From: an uncultured Candidatus Berkelbacteria bacterium | GTDB lineage: Bacteria > Patescibacteriota > UBA1384 > UBA12157 | Length of the DNA: 49,205 nucleotides | Direction: 5' to 3' | Assembly (NCBI GenBank): GCA_903877885.1 | Contig: CAIRFN010000003.1 | Coordinates: forward strand, 1 to 49,205 | Part shown: positions 18,049-28,208 of the stretch, piece by piece | Layout: each line of letters begins with the position of its first letter | How positions within the stretch are numbered: the stretch's first letter is position 1 | The notes under the pieces: model-generated | What the model was told of the DNA's origin: nothing | Databases searched by the model: none | What the model saw: the letters and a program-made list of their open reading frames with translations, nothing else | Made by a program: the position numbers and the translations under genes

Positions 18049-19113
18049 TTAAATCTTAAGATAATCCTTAAGAATCTGCGAAATCTTTAAATAAGCTTCG
18101 CCGTCACCCAAAAAATCTGGGTGATTTTTTGGCGTCGGATAATTTTTGACTAATTCTACAATTTTTTGAGTCTCTGCTCCGGCCAGTTGGTTCCAACCGG
18201 AATCTACCGTTTCTGTCCACTCGGTTTCGTTCCTTAAAGTAATACAAGGCACTTCGGCTAAATAAGCTTCTTTTTGCACGCCGCCGGAATCAGTCAAAAT
18301 CAATTTAGCATTTGCTTCTAAAATAATCATTTCTTTATAGCCAAGAGGCTCAATCACTTTAATTTTGTCTGACAATTTAAGATTATATTCCTCAAGATAT
18401 TTTTTTGTTCGCGGATGAAGCGGAAAAATAATAGTTTCATCAATCTGGTTAAAAGCGTTGATAATATTGGATAAATTAGTTTCATCATCAGTATTGGCTT
18501 GGCGATGAACTGTGGCTAAAATGTATTCTTTCGACTTCAAAGATAGTTCTTCTAAAATTGATAGCTGATCATGATCACCAGATACTTTCTTTTGGATATC
18601 AGCCATCACATCACCAGTTAAAAAAACTCCTTTGGTCATCCCCTCTTTAGTCAAATTTTCCATGGCCGAACGAGTCGAACAAAAAAGCAAAGCAGAAACC
18701 TTATCTGATTCAACTCGATTTTGCTCTTCAGACATTTCCTGATTGTAGCTTCTCATGCCAGCTTCAATATGAGCAATGGGAATATTTAATTGGTTCGCAG
18801 CCTGTGCGCCGGCCAGAGTTGAATTAGTATCGCCATAAATCACCACCAAATTCGGTTTTTCTTTAACAAGGACTTCTTTAATTTTTTCTCGCATCAATTT
18901 GATTTGTTCTCCACGTTCCATTGAACCAATACCTAAATTATAATCCGGTCTTGGTATACCTAACTCTTCAAAAAAAATATCCGACATATTCGCATCGTAA
19001 TGCTGACCAGTATGGACAACTACTTCTTTTGCAAACTTTCTGATTTCTTGGGAAATTAGTGGTATTTTAATAAATTGCGGTCTGGCACCAACAATTGTGA
19101 TAATTTTTTTCAA
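18049..19113 (-). CDS. wecB: UDP-N-acetylglucosamine 2-epimerase (non-hydrolysing)
   Basis: IVGARPQFIK, HTGQHYD, YGDTNST, HIEAGMRS, TDSGGVQKEA, TLRNETEW motifs. Confidence 0.92.
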   Translation of the reverse strand: MKKIITIVGARPQFIKIPLISQEIRKFAKEVVVHTGQHYDANMSDIFFEELGIPRPDYNLGIGSMERGEQIKLMREKIKEVLVKEKPNLVVIYGDTNSTLAGAQAANQLNIPIAHIEAGMRSYNQEMSEEQNRVESDKVSALLFCSTRSAMENLTKEGMTKGVFLTGDVMADIQKKVSGDHDQLSILEELSLKSKEYILATVHRQANTDDETNLSNIINAFNQIDETIIFPLHPRTKKYLEEYNLKLSDKIKVIEPLGYKEMIILEANAKLILTDSGGVQKEAYLAEVPCITLRNETEWTETVDSGWNQLAGAETQKIVELVKNYPTPKNHPDFLGDGEAYLKISQILKDYLKI

Positions 19114-19122
19114 TTTAATCCT

Positions 19123-20058
19123 TTAAATTCGTTTATTATTCTTTAATAAAATGTAACTAAAAATTGGCGCCAAAACAAGGAGCCAAAACAAATACGAAAC
19201 TCGCACAATTTCCGCCACCAATAAACCTTGACTAACATTAAAATTAAATAATCTCGAAGTGTAGATCACTGCCCCCTCGTAAAAACCAATCGAAGCTGGT
19301 AAAAGTCTAATGATTAAAGTGTAATTTGACAAACAAGTTGGAATAAAAGTCGATAGATAATTAATTGCAAAACCAAAGGTTTGAAAGGCAAAAAGAAAAA
19401 TTAAAGCGCTAACCAGAAAATAGCCAATCATCAATAAAATTATTTTAACTAAAATTTGCTTTTGATTCTTAAGCCACTGCCAGCTTTGCGAAATTTGAGC
19501 TAATCGATTAAGAAAAGAATTTTGGCTTGGCTTAAATTTAAAAGTTATTAAGATAAAAATTAGACAGATAAAAGTGACTATACTAAAAATTAAAAGTAAT
19601 GTTTGAGCAATTAAATCTGCGGATCCTAAATAAATCAATCCGACTAAACCGCCTAAAGAAAAAATAATCAATTCGAAAATTGTTACCACAGTCAAAACAC
19701 TTAAGAAATTGGCCGAGCTAAAATTATATTTCTTTTTAAGATAAAGCCCGCGTACGCCCCAACCACCAAAAGGTAAAACCATATTACCAAGCGAACTTAA
19801 AACATTTAAACCGAACCATTCTTTTGACAATAATTTGATATTAAATGGTTCTAAAATAATTTTTAAAATCAAACCTTCAAAAACTAAAGCTGTAAGATTC
19901 AAAAAAAGCAAAATAGCAATAGTCGATAAAGATATTAACCGAACCACTGCAAAATCCGCTAAATGATTTTTAATAAAAAAACCGAACCAGAAAATTATGG
20001 CAATAAAAATGAGATAAATAATAATCTTCTGAAATATTTTATTAGACAATATTTTCAT
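19123..20058 (-). CDS. Lysylphosphatidylglycerol-synthase TM domain / UPF0104 putative flippase
   Basis: About 8 TM helices, NMVLPFGG..VRGLYLK, PASIGFYEG, R.SYLFW pattern. Confidence 0.75.
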   Translation of the reverse strand: MKILSNKIFQKIIIYLIFIAIIFWFGFFIKNHLADFAVVRLISLSTIAILLFLNLTALVFEGLILKIILEPFNIKLLSKEWFGLNVLSSLGNMVLPFGGWGVRGLYLKKKYNFSSANFLSVLTVVTIFELIIFSLGGLVGLIYLGSADLIAQTLLLIFSIVTFICLIFILITFKFKPSQNSFLNRLAQISQSWQWLKNQKQILVKIILLMIGYFLVSALIFLFAFQTFGFAINYLSTFIPTCLSNYTLIIRLLPASIGFYEGAVIYTSRLFNFNVSQGLLVAEIVRVSYLFWLLVLAPIFSYILLKNNKRI

Positions 20059-21140
20059 GGTTTTTTTTGGTAATTTTTAGCTAAATCCTTGGGCCGAAGA
20101 TTTAAAAATGATTGTTTGGAAATAAAATTAATTAGCGATTGATAAAACTCTTTATGGTCAATAATGATTTCCGGATGAAAATTTAGACAGGCTACGCCAT
20201 GTAGATTCTGAATTAAAAGAATTTTTTCTCGATAAAAATCATATGCTTCTTGATCAGGTAGATCTAAATTTCTAAAAATTTCCGTATCCATCGGCCAAAC
20301 AACCGGAATTTCAACTAAATCTTGATTCTCGTAACTAAATGGCCAACAAAAAAAAGTATTAAAACTGTTAAGATTTTTAATCGGATAAATATTACTTTCA
20401 TATTCAAAACCCGCCGCTTTTACCGCGTAAAGCATATTTAAACTATTTCTTAATGAGTGATTGCGAAAACCAGAGATTGGCTGACCGGCCAAAGATTCTA
20501 ATTTTTGTTTGGCTGATTTTAATTGTTTAACAATTGTTGACTTACTCCGATAAGCTAAACGTAAATCATAAGTTAACCCATGAACGCCGACTTCGTGCCC
20601 CATCTCTAACAATTTTTTAAGCAAGTCGCCTGAAATCTGATAGCCAGCTTGAACTAAAAAATAATAACTAGCACGAAGTCCTAAATCAGCTTCCATTTGG
20701 GCAATTTCTAAAACGCTGTCGTAACCCTTGCGATAGTCAACATCGTGAGTTAACAAAACCACACTAGCCATACCTTGGTATTTCAAATCTTTAAAATTTT
20801 CTGCAAGATCATCAATTGTTTTGCTCGGCAGACTTTTTAGATTTGTTTTTACTTCATATTTAGTTCCTTTTTTAACTGCCGATGATATTTTTTCTCGCAT
20901 TTTTTCACTTAAAAAACTATAAAACCAAGCGGAACATTTTTCAATCTGTTTGAGTAATGGATTTGGGGTATAAAAATTCAGCAGACTATCAATCTGTTTT
21001 TCTTCATCTGAAGTAAAATTTGGATTTTCACCCAAATCTTTTTTGCCAAAAGCAAAAAATGATTGTTTATCAATTCCCCAGGTTTGATCTTTCATATTTA
21101 TTTTACAAATAAATCTTTGTTTGATTCCATATCTAACCAA
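20055..21140 (-). CDS. Polysaccharide deacetylase family protein (start probably MKDQTW, near 21095)
   Basis: LLTHDVD, HEVGVHG, GFRNH, YESNIYP, EIPV, NFHPE motifs. Confidence 0.75.
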   Translation of the reverse strand: MVRYGIKQRFICKINMKDQTWGIDKQSFFAFGKKDLGENPNFTSDEEKQIDSLLNFYTPNPLLKQIEKCSAWFYSFLSEKMREKISSAVKKGTKYEVKTNLKSLPSKTIDDLAENFKDLKYQGMASVVLLTHDVDYRKGYDSVLEIAQMEADLGLRASYYFLVQAGYQISGDLLKKLLEMGHEVGVHGLTYDLRLAYRSKSTIVKQLKSAKQKLESLAGQPISGFRNHSLRNSLNMLYAVKAAGFEYESNIYPIKNLNSFNTFFCWPFSYENQDLVEIPVVWPMDTEIFRNLDLPDQEAYDFYREKILLIQNLHGVACLNFHPEIIIDHKEFYQSLINFISKQSFLNLRPKDLAKNYQKKP

Positions 21141-22051
21141 ATTGCAAAACCGAATGAAAAAAATCCCATCATCAAAGAAAATGACAAAATAATTAAAGTT
21201 GTACCTGGCGCTTGACCGGTTTGAAAATAAAGTACAAAAAATCGAATAATCAGCGGAATTGAAATCAAAATTAAACTGACAAAGCTAAAGAAATAAAATA
21301 AAATCAACGGATGGAAATCGCGGAAAAAATATTTTTCCATAAGACGACGCCAAAACATTTTGGTTAAAAACCAACAAACATCAATAGTATAGCGGAATAA
21401 CTTGATACCGCTTTTTTCTCGACCATAAACTGGTTTAACTTCAACATCGGTAATTTTAAAATTGTAAAAATTTAAGCGATACAAAATATCAGCATTATAA
21501 CCATAACCTTTTTTCAAAGTAGCAATATCAATCTTATCGAGGGCTTTTTTACTAATCGCCGTATAGCCGCACTGGGGGTCGATTAATTGCCAATAGCCAG
21601 TGGCAAACTTGGTTAAAAAAGTGGCCACAATATTGCCAAAAAATCGGTATTTTGGCATAATCTTAGAAGCGCCTTTATAGAGTAAACGATTTCCCTTGGT
21701 ATAATCGACTGTTTCATCAATAATTGGCATCACAATATTTTCTAAATCCGCCGGGTCCATCTGATTATCACCAGCCATCACCGCAATACAATCTAAATCT
21801 AATTCCAAAGCTTTAACATAACCGTCAGCCAAAGTGGCGCCCAAACCTTTATTTTTTTCGTGATCAATGAAAACGATTCGGCTTTGTTTGGCTTGTTCTG
21901 CCAATATTTTCTCTTTAGTATTGTCTTTGCTAGCGTCATTAACCACAATGATTTTATCAACAAAATCCGGAATTCCTTGGAGAGTTTCGGTGATTAATAG
22001 TTCTTCGTTATGCGCTGGCATAACCACGCCAATAGTTTTGTTTTTGATCAT
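21098..22051 (-). CDS. GT2 glycosyltransferase with C-terminal TM helices (paralog 1)
   Basis: VVMPAHNEE, VNDASKD, MAGDNQMDP, DYTKGNR, DPQCGYTAIS motifs. Confidence 0.88.
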   Translation of the reverse strand: MIKNKTIGVVMPAHNEELLITETLQGIPDFVDKIIVVNDASKDNTKEKILAEQAKQSRIVFIDHEKNKGLGATLADGYVKALELDLDCIAVMAGDNQMDPADLENIVMPIIDETVDYTKGNRLLYKGASKIMPKYRFFGNIVATFLTKFATGYWQLIDPQCGYTAISKKALDKIDIATLKKGYGYNADILYRLNFYNFKITDVEVKPVYGREKSGIKLFRYTIDVCWFLTKMFWRRLMEKYFFRDFHPLILFYFFSFVSLILISIPLIIRFFVLYFQTGQAPGTTLIILSFSLMMGFFSFGFAIWLDMESNKDLFVK

Positions 22052-22136
22052 GTTTTTACCTCAGAAAATTTCCGCAATTAGTTAGTTGTCTTTATTTTAT
22101 CGCGTTTAGATTTTATTTACTAGATTTGTTAGATAT

Positions 22137-23093
22137 TCACTTTACTTTAAGGTCTTTGTTGTAATCCATATCAAACCACATCGCAAAAAACAAAAACTGC
22201 GGGGCCATAATTAAACAAAAGAATAAAGCTAAAGCGTTCATTGGTGGGATATGTCCAGTTAGATGTAAAATATAAAATAATCTAATTAAAAGATATAAAC
22301 CGATAAAATTCAGAATAAAAGAAAATAAATAGAAAAAAACCAACGGATGGAAATCTTCAATAATATATTTTTTCTTCAGCCGCCAAAAAAATCGCCGAAT
22401 TAGTAACCATGAAATCGTCGGAATAACTTTCCAAATTCTAATCCCCGATTTACCATTTTGATAATAAACTGGTTTGATCGGAATTTCTTTGATTCTAGCT
22501 CGGATCAAATTTAAATGAACCAACATATCGTTGGGAAAGCCATAAGATTTATAAAGATTACCTAAATCCATCTCTTTCAAAGCCTTAAGCGATATTGCCG
22601 CATAACCGGTTTGAGAGTCGGCCACTTGCCAATAACCAGAAGAGATTTTGGTTAGTAGTGATAAAACTGAATTTCCTAAATAGCGGACTTTGGGAATCAT
22701 TTGCCAAGCTTTACCATGAATTAAACGGTTGCCCTTAACATATTCAGCCTCATTGTTAATGATTGGTAAAACTATGTCTTTAAGTTCCGCCGGATCCATT
22801 TGGGCATCTCCAGCCATCACCGCTGTGCAATCCATTTTTTTAGCTATGGCCATATAATAACCAATCACAATCGCCCCACCAACACCTTTATTTTTCTTAT
22901 TAACAACAATTTCGGTTTTTTTCTTAAATTTTTTCGCCGCATCACTTGCCTTTTTCACCGTTTTATCGGTACTGGCATCATCGATGACAATAATTAAATC
23001 AACAAAATTAGGCATTGTTTCAATCACTTTGCCAATCATTTTTTCTTCATTGTGCGCGGGGATCACCACCGCAATTTTTTTATTCTTAATCAT
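22137..23093 (-). CDS. GT2 glycosyltransferase with C-terminal TM helices (paralog 2)
   Basis: VIPAHNEE, IDDASTD, MAGDAQMDP, YVKGNR, DSQTGYAAIS; colinear with the 21098..22051 protein. Confidence 0.88.
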   Translation of the reverse strand: MIKNKKIAVVIPAHNEEKMIGKVIETMPNFVDLIIVIDDASTDKTVKKASDAAKKFKKKTEIVVNKKNKGVGGAIVIGYYMAIAKKMDCTAVMAGDAQMDPAELKDIVLPIINNEAEYVKGNRLIHGKAWQMIPKVRYLGNSVLSLLTKISSGYWQVADSQTGYAAISLKALKEMDLGNLYKSYGFPNDMLVHLNLIRARIKEIPIKPVYYQNGKSGIRIWKVIPTISWLLIRRFFWRLKKKYIIEDFHPLVFFYLFSFILNFIGLYLLIRLFYILHLTGHIPPMNALALFFCLIMAPQFLFFAMWFDMDYNKDLKVK

Positions 23094-24309
23094 TTTCGTT
23101 ATTACGTAAATCCTGGTTTTCTTTTGATAACTTGGAAGGAATCTTCATATGATCAAGAGCAACAATGAGCGGTGGTGTTGTTGGCTCTAAAACACGATAA
23201 ACAATTTTAATTAGTGATCTGAATAAACGCATTAAAGAAAAATACGATGGATAATCCAAAAATGTTTTTGGTTTAGAAATCATAATTTTATCAAATTCTT
23301 TTTCTGTTAAATTTAACTTTTTTAAAATATACTTTTGATCACTTTGTGCTTGTTCGACAGTGATTGGCTCTTGATTAATCTTTTTAAAAGCAGAAAATCG
23401 GCTTAAATGACCTGAACGAACTTCAGCAGAAATGTGAATCTTTCTCTTATCAATATTGAATTTTTTAATCAAAATATAATTTTGCAGGAATCTGGTGAAA
23501 ATTGATTCTGAATGTTTTCCGCCGTAATCTTTCCAATCCAATTCTTTGATTAACAGCTTTTTTACTTGATCTTTACGATAATCCATATATTGAAGGATTC
23601 TAACAGTTTTAATTCTTTTAATAAAACCATAATAAAAATATTCTTTAATTGTAAATTTGGGATAATTATTTAACTTTTTATTTTTCCCAAATTTTTTGTA
23701 AATATAATTAATATAGCGATTATCAGCATAAGCCCAAGTTAAAGGAATTTTTCCTTCCGTACGAAAGTTCTGACCGTTAATAATATAAGAAATACCTTCT
23801 TTAGCCGCCACCTGACAAAGTATTGGTCGGATCGCTAAGTCTGTTGGCGTTTCTATTTCCGGAATTGAAGCTTTAAGAAAAGCCAATTGAAGTTCTTTAA
23901 AGACTTCCCAATCCAAAACCTTTGTTTCCAAATCAACTCCAAGCTTACGACAAGTTTTCTCGATATTACTTACAGCTAATTCAGAATCCCAGCCATTATC
24001 CATATGGACTGCCAATGGGCGTAATCCCAACTTTTTAGCCAAATACAAACAATAAGTACTATCTACCCCACCGCTAACTCCAATAATACAATTGTATTTT
24101 TTACCTTTGCCTTTAGCTTTTATCTCTTTAATAATTTTATGAAGTTCTTTTTTTCCTTGTTTATTAAGAGGATGTTGCGCATCCATTTCGTCATGAATTT
24201 CGCAATAATTACAAATACCTTCATTGTTAAAAGATATACTCGGAATGTTCGAATCAAGAATACATCGACGACAAACTTGTTTTTTTACAATATTTTTATT
24301 TTTTTTCAT
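23086..24309 (-). CDS. N-acetyl sugar amidotransferase (WbuX/WbpG-like)
   Basis: CRRCILD, CNYC, YNCIIGVSGGVDS (PP-loop), AVHMDNGWDSELA, YGGKH.ES.FTRF motifs. Confidence 0.88.
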   Translation of the reverse strand: MKKNKNIVKKQVCRRCILDSNIPSISFNNEGICNYCEIHDEMDAQHPLNKQGKKELHKIIKEIKAKGKGKKYNCIIGVSGGVDSTYCLYLAKKLGLRPLAVHMDNGWDSELAVSNIEKTCRKLGVDLETKVLDWEVFKELQLAFLKASIPEIETPTDLAIRPILCQVAAKEGISYIINGQNFRTEGKIPLTWAYADNRYINYIYKKFGKNKKLNNYPKFTIKEYFYYGFIKRIKTVRILQYMDYRKDQVKKLLIKELDWKDYGGKHSESIFTRFLQNYILIKKFNIDKRKIHISAEVRSGHLSRFSAFKKINQEPITVEQAQSDQKYILKKLNLTEKEFDKIMISKPKTFLDYPSYFSLMRLFRSLIKIVYRVLEPTTPPLIVALDHMKIPSKLSKENQDLRNNEND

Positions 24310-25070
24310 GATTTCATTGCCTCTTTTACTTCTTTATCATCCGGATAACTGATTAAGACGGCTCTTTTTGCGCCATAAAACACAAAATAACTACCTGCTG
24401 CAACTGCCGAACAATGACCTTTTTTGATCGCAGTATTAAAATCTTTGATTTTCCCAGCTCCACCACTAGCAATAACTGGCACTTTAACTTTATCTGATAT
24501 TTTTTTAATTAATGGAATGTCATAGCCTTTCATCGAGCCATCTAGATCGATAGAACAAAGTAGAATCTCGCCGGCCCCCAGTAATTCTGCTTGGCAAGCC
24601 CAATCGAGTGGATCAAGACCGGTCGGTTTAGTCCCAGAATGAGTATAAACCTCATACTTTCCATTTTTATTTTTTTTAACATCAATCGAAACAATGACAC
24701 TTTGATTACCAAAAGTTTGAGAAATTTCTTTGATTAATAATGGATTTTCAACCGCTTGGCTATTAATTACAATTTTTTCGGCACCGGCGTTTAAAATCTC
24801 TTTAACATCATCGATGGTTTTAATCCCGCCACCAACCGCAAAAGGCATATCACATTCTTCAGCAATTTTTGTAATAAAATTAAGATCTGGGATTCGATTT
24901 TCCGCTGTCGCATCTATATCTAAAAAACATAACTCGCTGGCTTGTTTTTCACTAAAAATTCTAACGGCATTTATTGGATCGCCAATATATTTATAATTCT
25001 TGAATTGTTCTCCTTTAACCAAGACTTTATCTTTTAAAAGGAGGCAAGGAATAATTCTTGTTTTTAACAT
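24306..25070 (-). CDS. HisF-like cyclase of glycan amidation (AglZ/HisF2/WbuZ-like)
   Basis: RIIPCLLL...YIGDPINAVRIF, GGGIKT, GAGEI, DGSMKGYD, IASGGAG, AVAAGS.FVF; located in a glycan locus. Confidence 0.85.
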   Translation of the reverse strand: MLKTRIIPCLLLKDKVLVKGEQFKNYKYIGDPINAVRIFSEKQASELCFLDIDATAENRIPDLNFITKIAEECDMPFAVGGGIKTIDDVKEILNAGAEKIVINSQAVENPLLIKEISQTFGNQSVIVSIDVKKNKNGKYEVYTHSGTKPTGLDPLDWACQAELLGAGEILLCSIDLDGSMKGYDIPLIKKISDKVKVPVIASGGAGKIKDFNTAIKKGHCSAVAAGSYFVFYGAKRAVLISYPDDKEVKEAMKS

Positions 25071-25738
25071 TAATAATAATCGATAAAATTTTTTATAAGT
25101 TTTAATCCATGACGATGGCTTTTTTCTGGATGAAACTGCACGCCAATAATATTATCTTTTTTTATAATTGAAGCAAATTTACTGCCATAATCAGTTTCAG
25201 CCAGAATATTATTCTTCGCTGAATTTACAAAATAAGAATGAGTAAAATAGAAATAGCTATCTTTAGGAACTTCTTTAAACAATAAATCGTTTTTTAAAAT
25301 CTTGATTGAATCCCAACCAACATGAGGAATTCGTAAATCAGCTTTGGGAAAATTGAATCTTTTAGTTTCACCATCAATCCATCCCAAACCGGGAACATTA
25401 CCTTCTTCACTGAAATTTGTCAGAAGTTGCATTCCCAAACAAATACCTAAAATTGGTGTTTTTTGGTTTAAAACTTTTTCTTCAAGAACAGGAATTAAGC
25501 CCGATTTTTTTAGGTTTTCCATACCTTGCGCAAAATTTCCTACTCCTGGCAAAATTAATTTAGAAGCGGCCAAAATCTCTTTTGGTTTTGACGAGATAAT
25601 TGCTTCAACCTCGAAACGTTTAAGTTTACTAAGTATTGTCCCTAAATTACCCAAACCATAGTCAATAATAACTACCATATTTCTCCATAATAAAAATAAC
25701 TTAAATAAACTATTGATGCAAGTTTTTATAACATCCAA
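25070..25738 (-). CDS. HisH-like glutamine amidotransferase subunit (WbuY-like; start probably MVVIIDYG, near 25678)
   Basis: IIDYGLGN, LPGVGNF, GICLGMQ, PHVGW, YFTHSY, GVQFHPEKS triad motifs. Confidence 0.88.
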   Translation of the reverse strand: MDVIKTCINSLFKLFLLWRNMVVIIDYGLGNLGTILSKLKRFEVEAIISSKPKEILAASKLILPGVGNFAQGMENLKKSGLIPVLEEKVLNQKTPILGICLGMQLLTNFSEEGNVPGLGWIDGETKRFNFPKADLRIPHVGWDSIKILKNDLLFKEVPKDSYFYFTHSYFVNSAKNNILAETDYGSKFASIIKKDNIIGVQFHPEKSHRHGLKLIKNFIDYY

Positions 25739-26897
25739 TAATTCTTTTGGTTACGGCTTTTTTAGAAAAATTATTTAAAAAGATTTGTCTAATTTTTTTT
25801 GGTTCAAATCGATGCAAATTATTCGCCATGTCGAGAATGGCCTGACTAATTTGTCTAATATTGCCAACTTCAACCAATATCCCTGTTTCACTAGTCACAA
25901 TAGATTCCGGACCGCCGCAGCGGGTTGCAATCACTGGTTTACCACAAGCCATTGCTTCTATGTAAACCACGCCGAATGATTCATAATGCGAAGGTAAAAT
26001 GAAAGCATCGCAATCGCGAAATTCGTCTCTGACTTGTTTTCTATTTAATGGTCCTAGCCAGATAATAAAATTCTCTATTCCCAACTTTTTTGCAAATTTT
26101 TTATAGGATGAGTAATTTCCTGTTCCGGCAATTTTAAAAATAAGATTTGGATTTTTCTTAACCGCAATAGAAATTGCTTTAACTAAATCTTGAGTTCCTT
26201 TTGGTAAACCATCATTTCCAAGATTAAAAAAAGTAAAAACCGAATTATTCTTGGATTTAACAGGATAAAAATAATCTTCATCGACTAGGTTCGGTATGAC
26301 TTTTATTTCATTTTTGATACCATATTTTTTTATTTGGTGAGATAAACTTTCGCTTACAGCAATTATCTGATCTGCTTTTTCCAATGACTCTCTGATGATT
26401 TGAGGTAAATCCCCATTTTCCAGATAAAAAGCATACGGAAAATTTCCCATATGTTCCGTAATAATATATGGCACTTTAAATTTTTGAGCCAATTTCATAG
26501 CAATGTAGCCAGCTGGATAGCTAAGATGAGCATGAATTAAATCAATTGAGCCAAATTTGGACTGAGCTTTTAAGAAATTATCCTCGTTGGCTTTTATGAC
26601 CTTGGCTATATTTCCACCGAAAATTTTATGAAACCAACTAAATGTCGGATTAAAAATTTCATAATTATTCGTAGATATTTTTTTAAGGTAATTCTTTTTT
26701 TTAAAAAAATTAATCAAATTATAAAGAGCCAAAAATGGTTTATTTATTGCTAAAGCACAGTCATTTTGTCCCCATAAGCTATTGATAATAATTTGATCTT
26801 TTTGCTCACCAAGCGCTTGAGCTTGTTCATAAAAAAATATACCAGCTAAAGGTTCTTGCTTCGAAGGATATTTTGAAGGAATAAAAAAAATATTCAT
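25710..26897 (-). CDS. GT4 glycosyltransferase
   Basis: IHAH, IITEH, KG..DL, PSHYESFGVVYIEAMACGKPVIATRCGG. Confidence 0.9.
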   Translation of the reverse strand: MNIFFIPSKYPSKQEPLAGIFFYEQAQALGEQKDQIIINSLWGQNDCALAINKPFLALYNLINFFKKKNYLKKISTNNYEIFNPTFSWFHKIFGGNIAKVIKANEDNFLKAQSKFGSIDLIHAHLSYPAGYIAMKLAQKFKVPYIITEHMGNFPYAFYLENGDLPQIIRESLEKADQIIAVSESLSHQIKKYGIKNEIKVIPNLVDEDYFYPVKSKNNSVFTFFNLGNDGLPKGTQDLVKAISIAVKKNPNLIFKIAGTGNYSSYKKFAKKLGIENFIIWLGPLNRKQVRDEFRDCDAFILPSHYESFGVVYIEAMACGKPVIATRCGGPESIVTSETGILVEVGNIRQISQAILDMANNLHRFEPKKIRQIFLNNFSKKAVTKRIIGCYKNLHQ

Positions 26898-26943
26898 GAA
26901 ATTCGACTCTACCCTTGATTAATATTTTCTAATTGGAGCTCAG

Positions 26944-27981
26944 TTATTTTCTTTTTAACCGTCTGACGATCTGAATAAGACAATTCATGCAATAAGATGC
27001 ACTTTTGGACCATAAATTATAAAGAAAAGCCATCCAAAGCCATGAAAAATAATTGTCTTTTTTTATATAATTTTTACTAGAGTTGTAAGCATAATCAGCG
27101 GTTTTCAGTAACCCGATAATTTTGTTAGCTAAAGCAATATTAATATAGTCAAGACTAATATTTTTTGATTTAGTAAAAAGTCGATCAGCGGAAAAATGCT
27201 TTAAAACATTGAGATACAAAACATCTTCTTCAACCATTTGGCGATCACTTGTCGTGACCGAATCTTGCTGGTTATGTTTCCGACTTCTAACCAAATATCC
27301 TGGGCAAAGTCTAAAATCATATCCAATATCCATTAGACGAAACCATAAATCAAAATCTTGCGTATTTAATAATTTTGGATCAAATAATCCAGCATCAGCA
27401 AAAGCTGATTTAGGAATTAGAAGAGCACAACCATGAATAAAACGATCTTCCATTAATGCGCGAATTAAATTACTTTTACGAATCGGTTTCAGTTGCGAAT
27501 AACCCAAATGTTGTCTAAATCGATCCACCACTTCGTAATTGCAATAAACCAATGTCTTTAGTGGACATTTTAGTATAAACTTAATCTGTTTAGCGATTTT
27601 ATCTGGCGTATAAAGATCGTCATGGCTAAGCCAAGAAAAATAATCGCCAGTCATTTCCTTAATTCCTAAATTCAAAGCAGTAGAAACTTTACCATTTTTT
27701 TTCTTAAAATAACGAATTTTATCACCAAAACTTTTAGCAATTTTTTCGGTTGACCCGTGATCTTTTGATCCATCATTCACAACAATAATTTCGAGATTTT
27801 TATAGGTTTGAGCCAAGGAACTTTCGATAGCTTCCCTTAAAAAATTCGAACCATTATAAACCGGAATAATAATTGAAACTTTAGGATTTTCTTTCAATTT
27901 CCGCGATCGACTTTGTCGATCCATAATTGAAACTTTTGGGTTTTGAGTCTTGTTCGTTTTTATTTCCATATATTTACACAT
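26944..27981 (-). CDS. GT2 glycosyltransferase (GT-A)
   Basis: KVSIIIPVYNG, IIVVNDGSKD, WLSHDD, QDFDLWFR motifs. Confidence 0.9.
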   Translation of the reverse strand: MCKYMEIKTNKTQNPKVSIMDRQSRSRKLKENPKVSIIIPVYNGSNFLREAIESSLAQTYKNLEIIVVNDGSKDHGSTEKIAKSFGDKIRYFKKKNGKVSTALNLGIKEMTGDYFSWLSHDDLYTPDKIAKQIKFILKCPLKTLVYCNYEVVDRFRQHLGYSQLKPIRKSNLIRALMEDRFIHGCALLIPKSAFADAGLFDPKLLNTQDFDLWFRLMDIGYDFRLCPGYLVRSRKHNQQDSVTTSDRQMVEEDVLYLNVLKHFSADRLFTKSKNISLDYINIALANKIIGLLKTADYAYNSSKNYIKKDNYFSWLWMAFLYNLWSKSASYCMNCLIQIVRRLKRK

Positions 27982-28208
27982 ATCGCAGTTTTAAAATTTA
28001 TGCAAGTCAGACTGCATTGCAATTACAAATAAGTAAACAAAAAACGATAACCTATAAGGATTATCTCCCGGCGACCAATCTGTTAGAGTATTGGCCAAAT
28101 GGATTTCTAGCATCGTCTTCCCCCTTTTATATCAAAAAGATCTCGCCTGATGATTCAGACGCTATGTGAATATTAGATCAAGAATTAAGTTTAGTCAAGA
28201 GATATGAT

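Noticed and set aside
24306-25738. Histidine biosynthesis genes hisF and hisH
   Set aside because: No other his genes are present, and they are coupled to an N-acetyl sugar amidotransferase inside a glycan locus.
27927-28169. 80-aa + strand ORF in the largest gap of the glycan operon
   Set aside because: Overlaps the GT2 start in antisense, with no SD and no recognisable motif.
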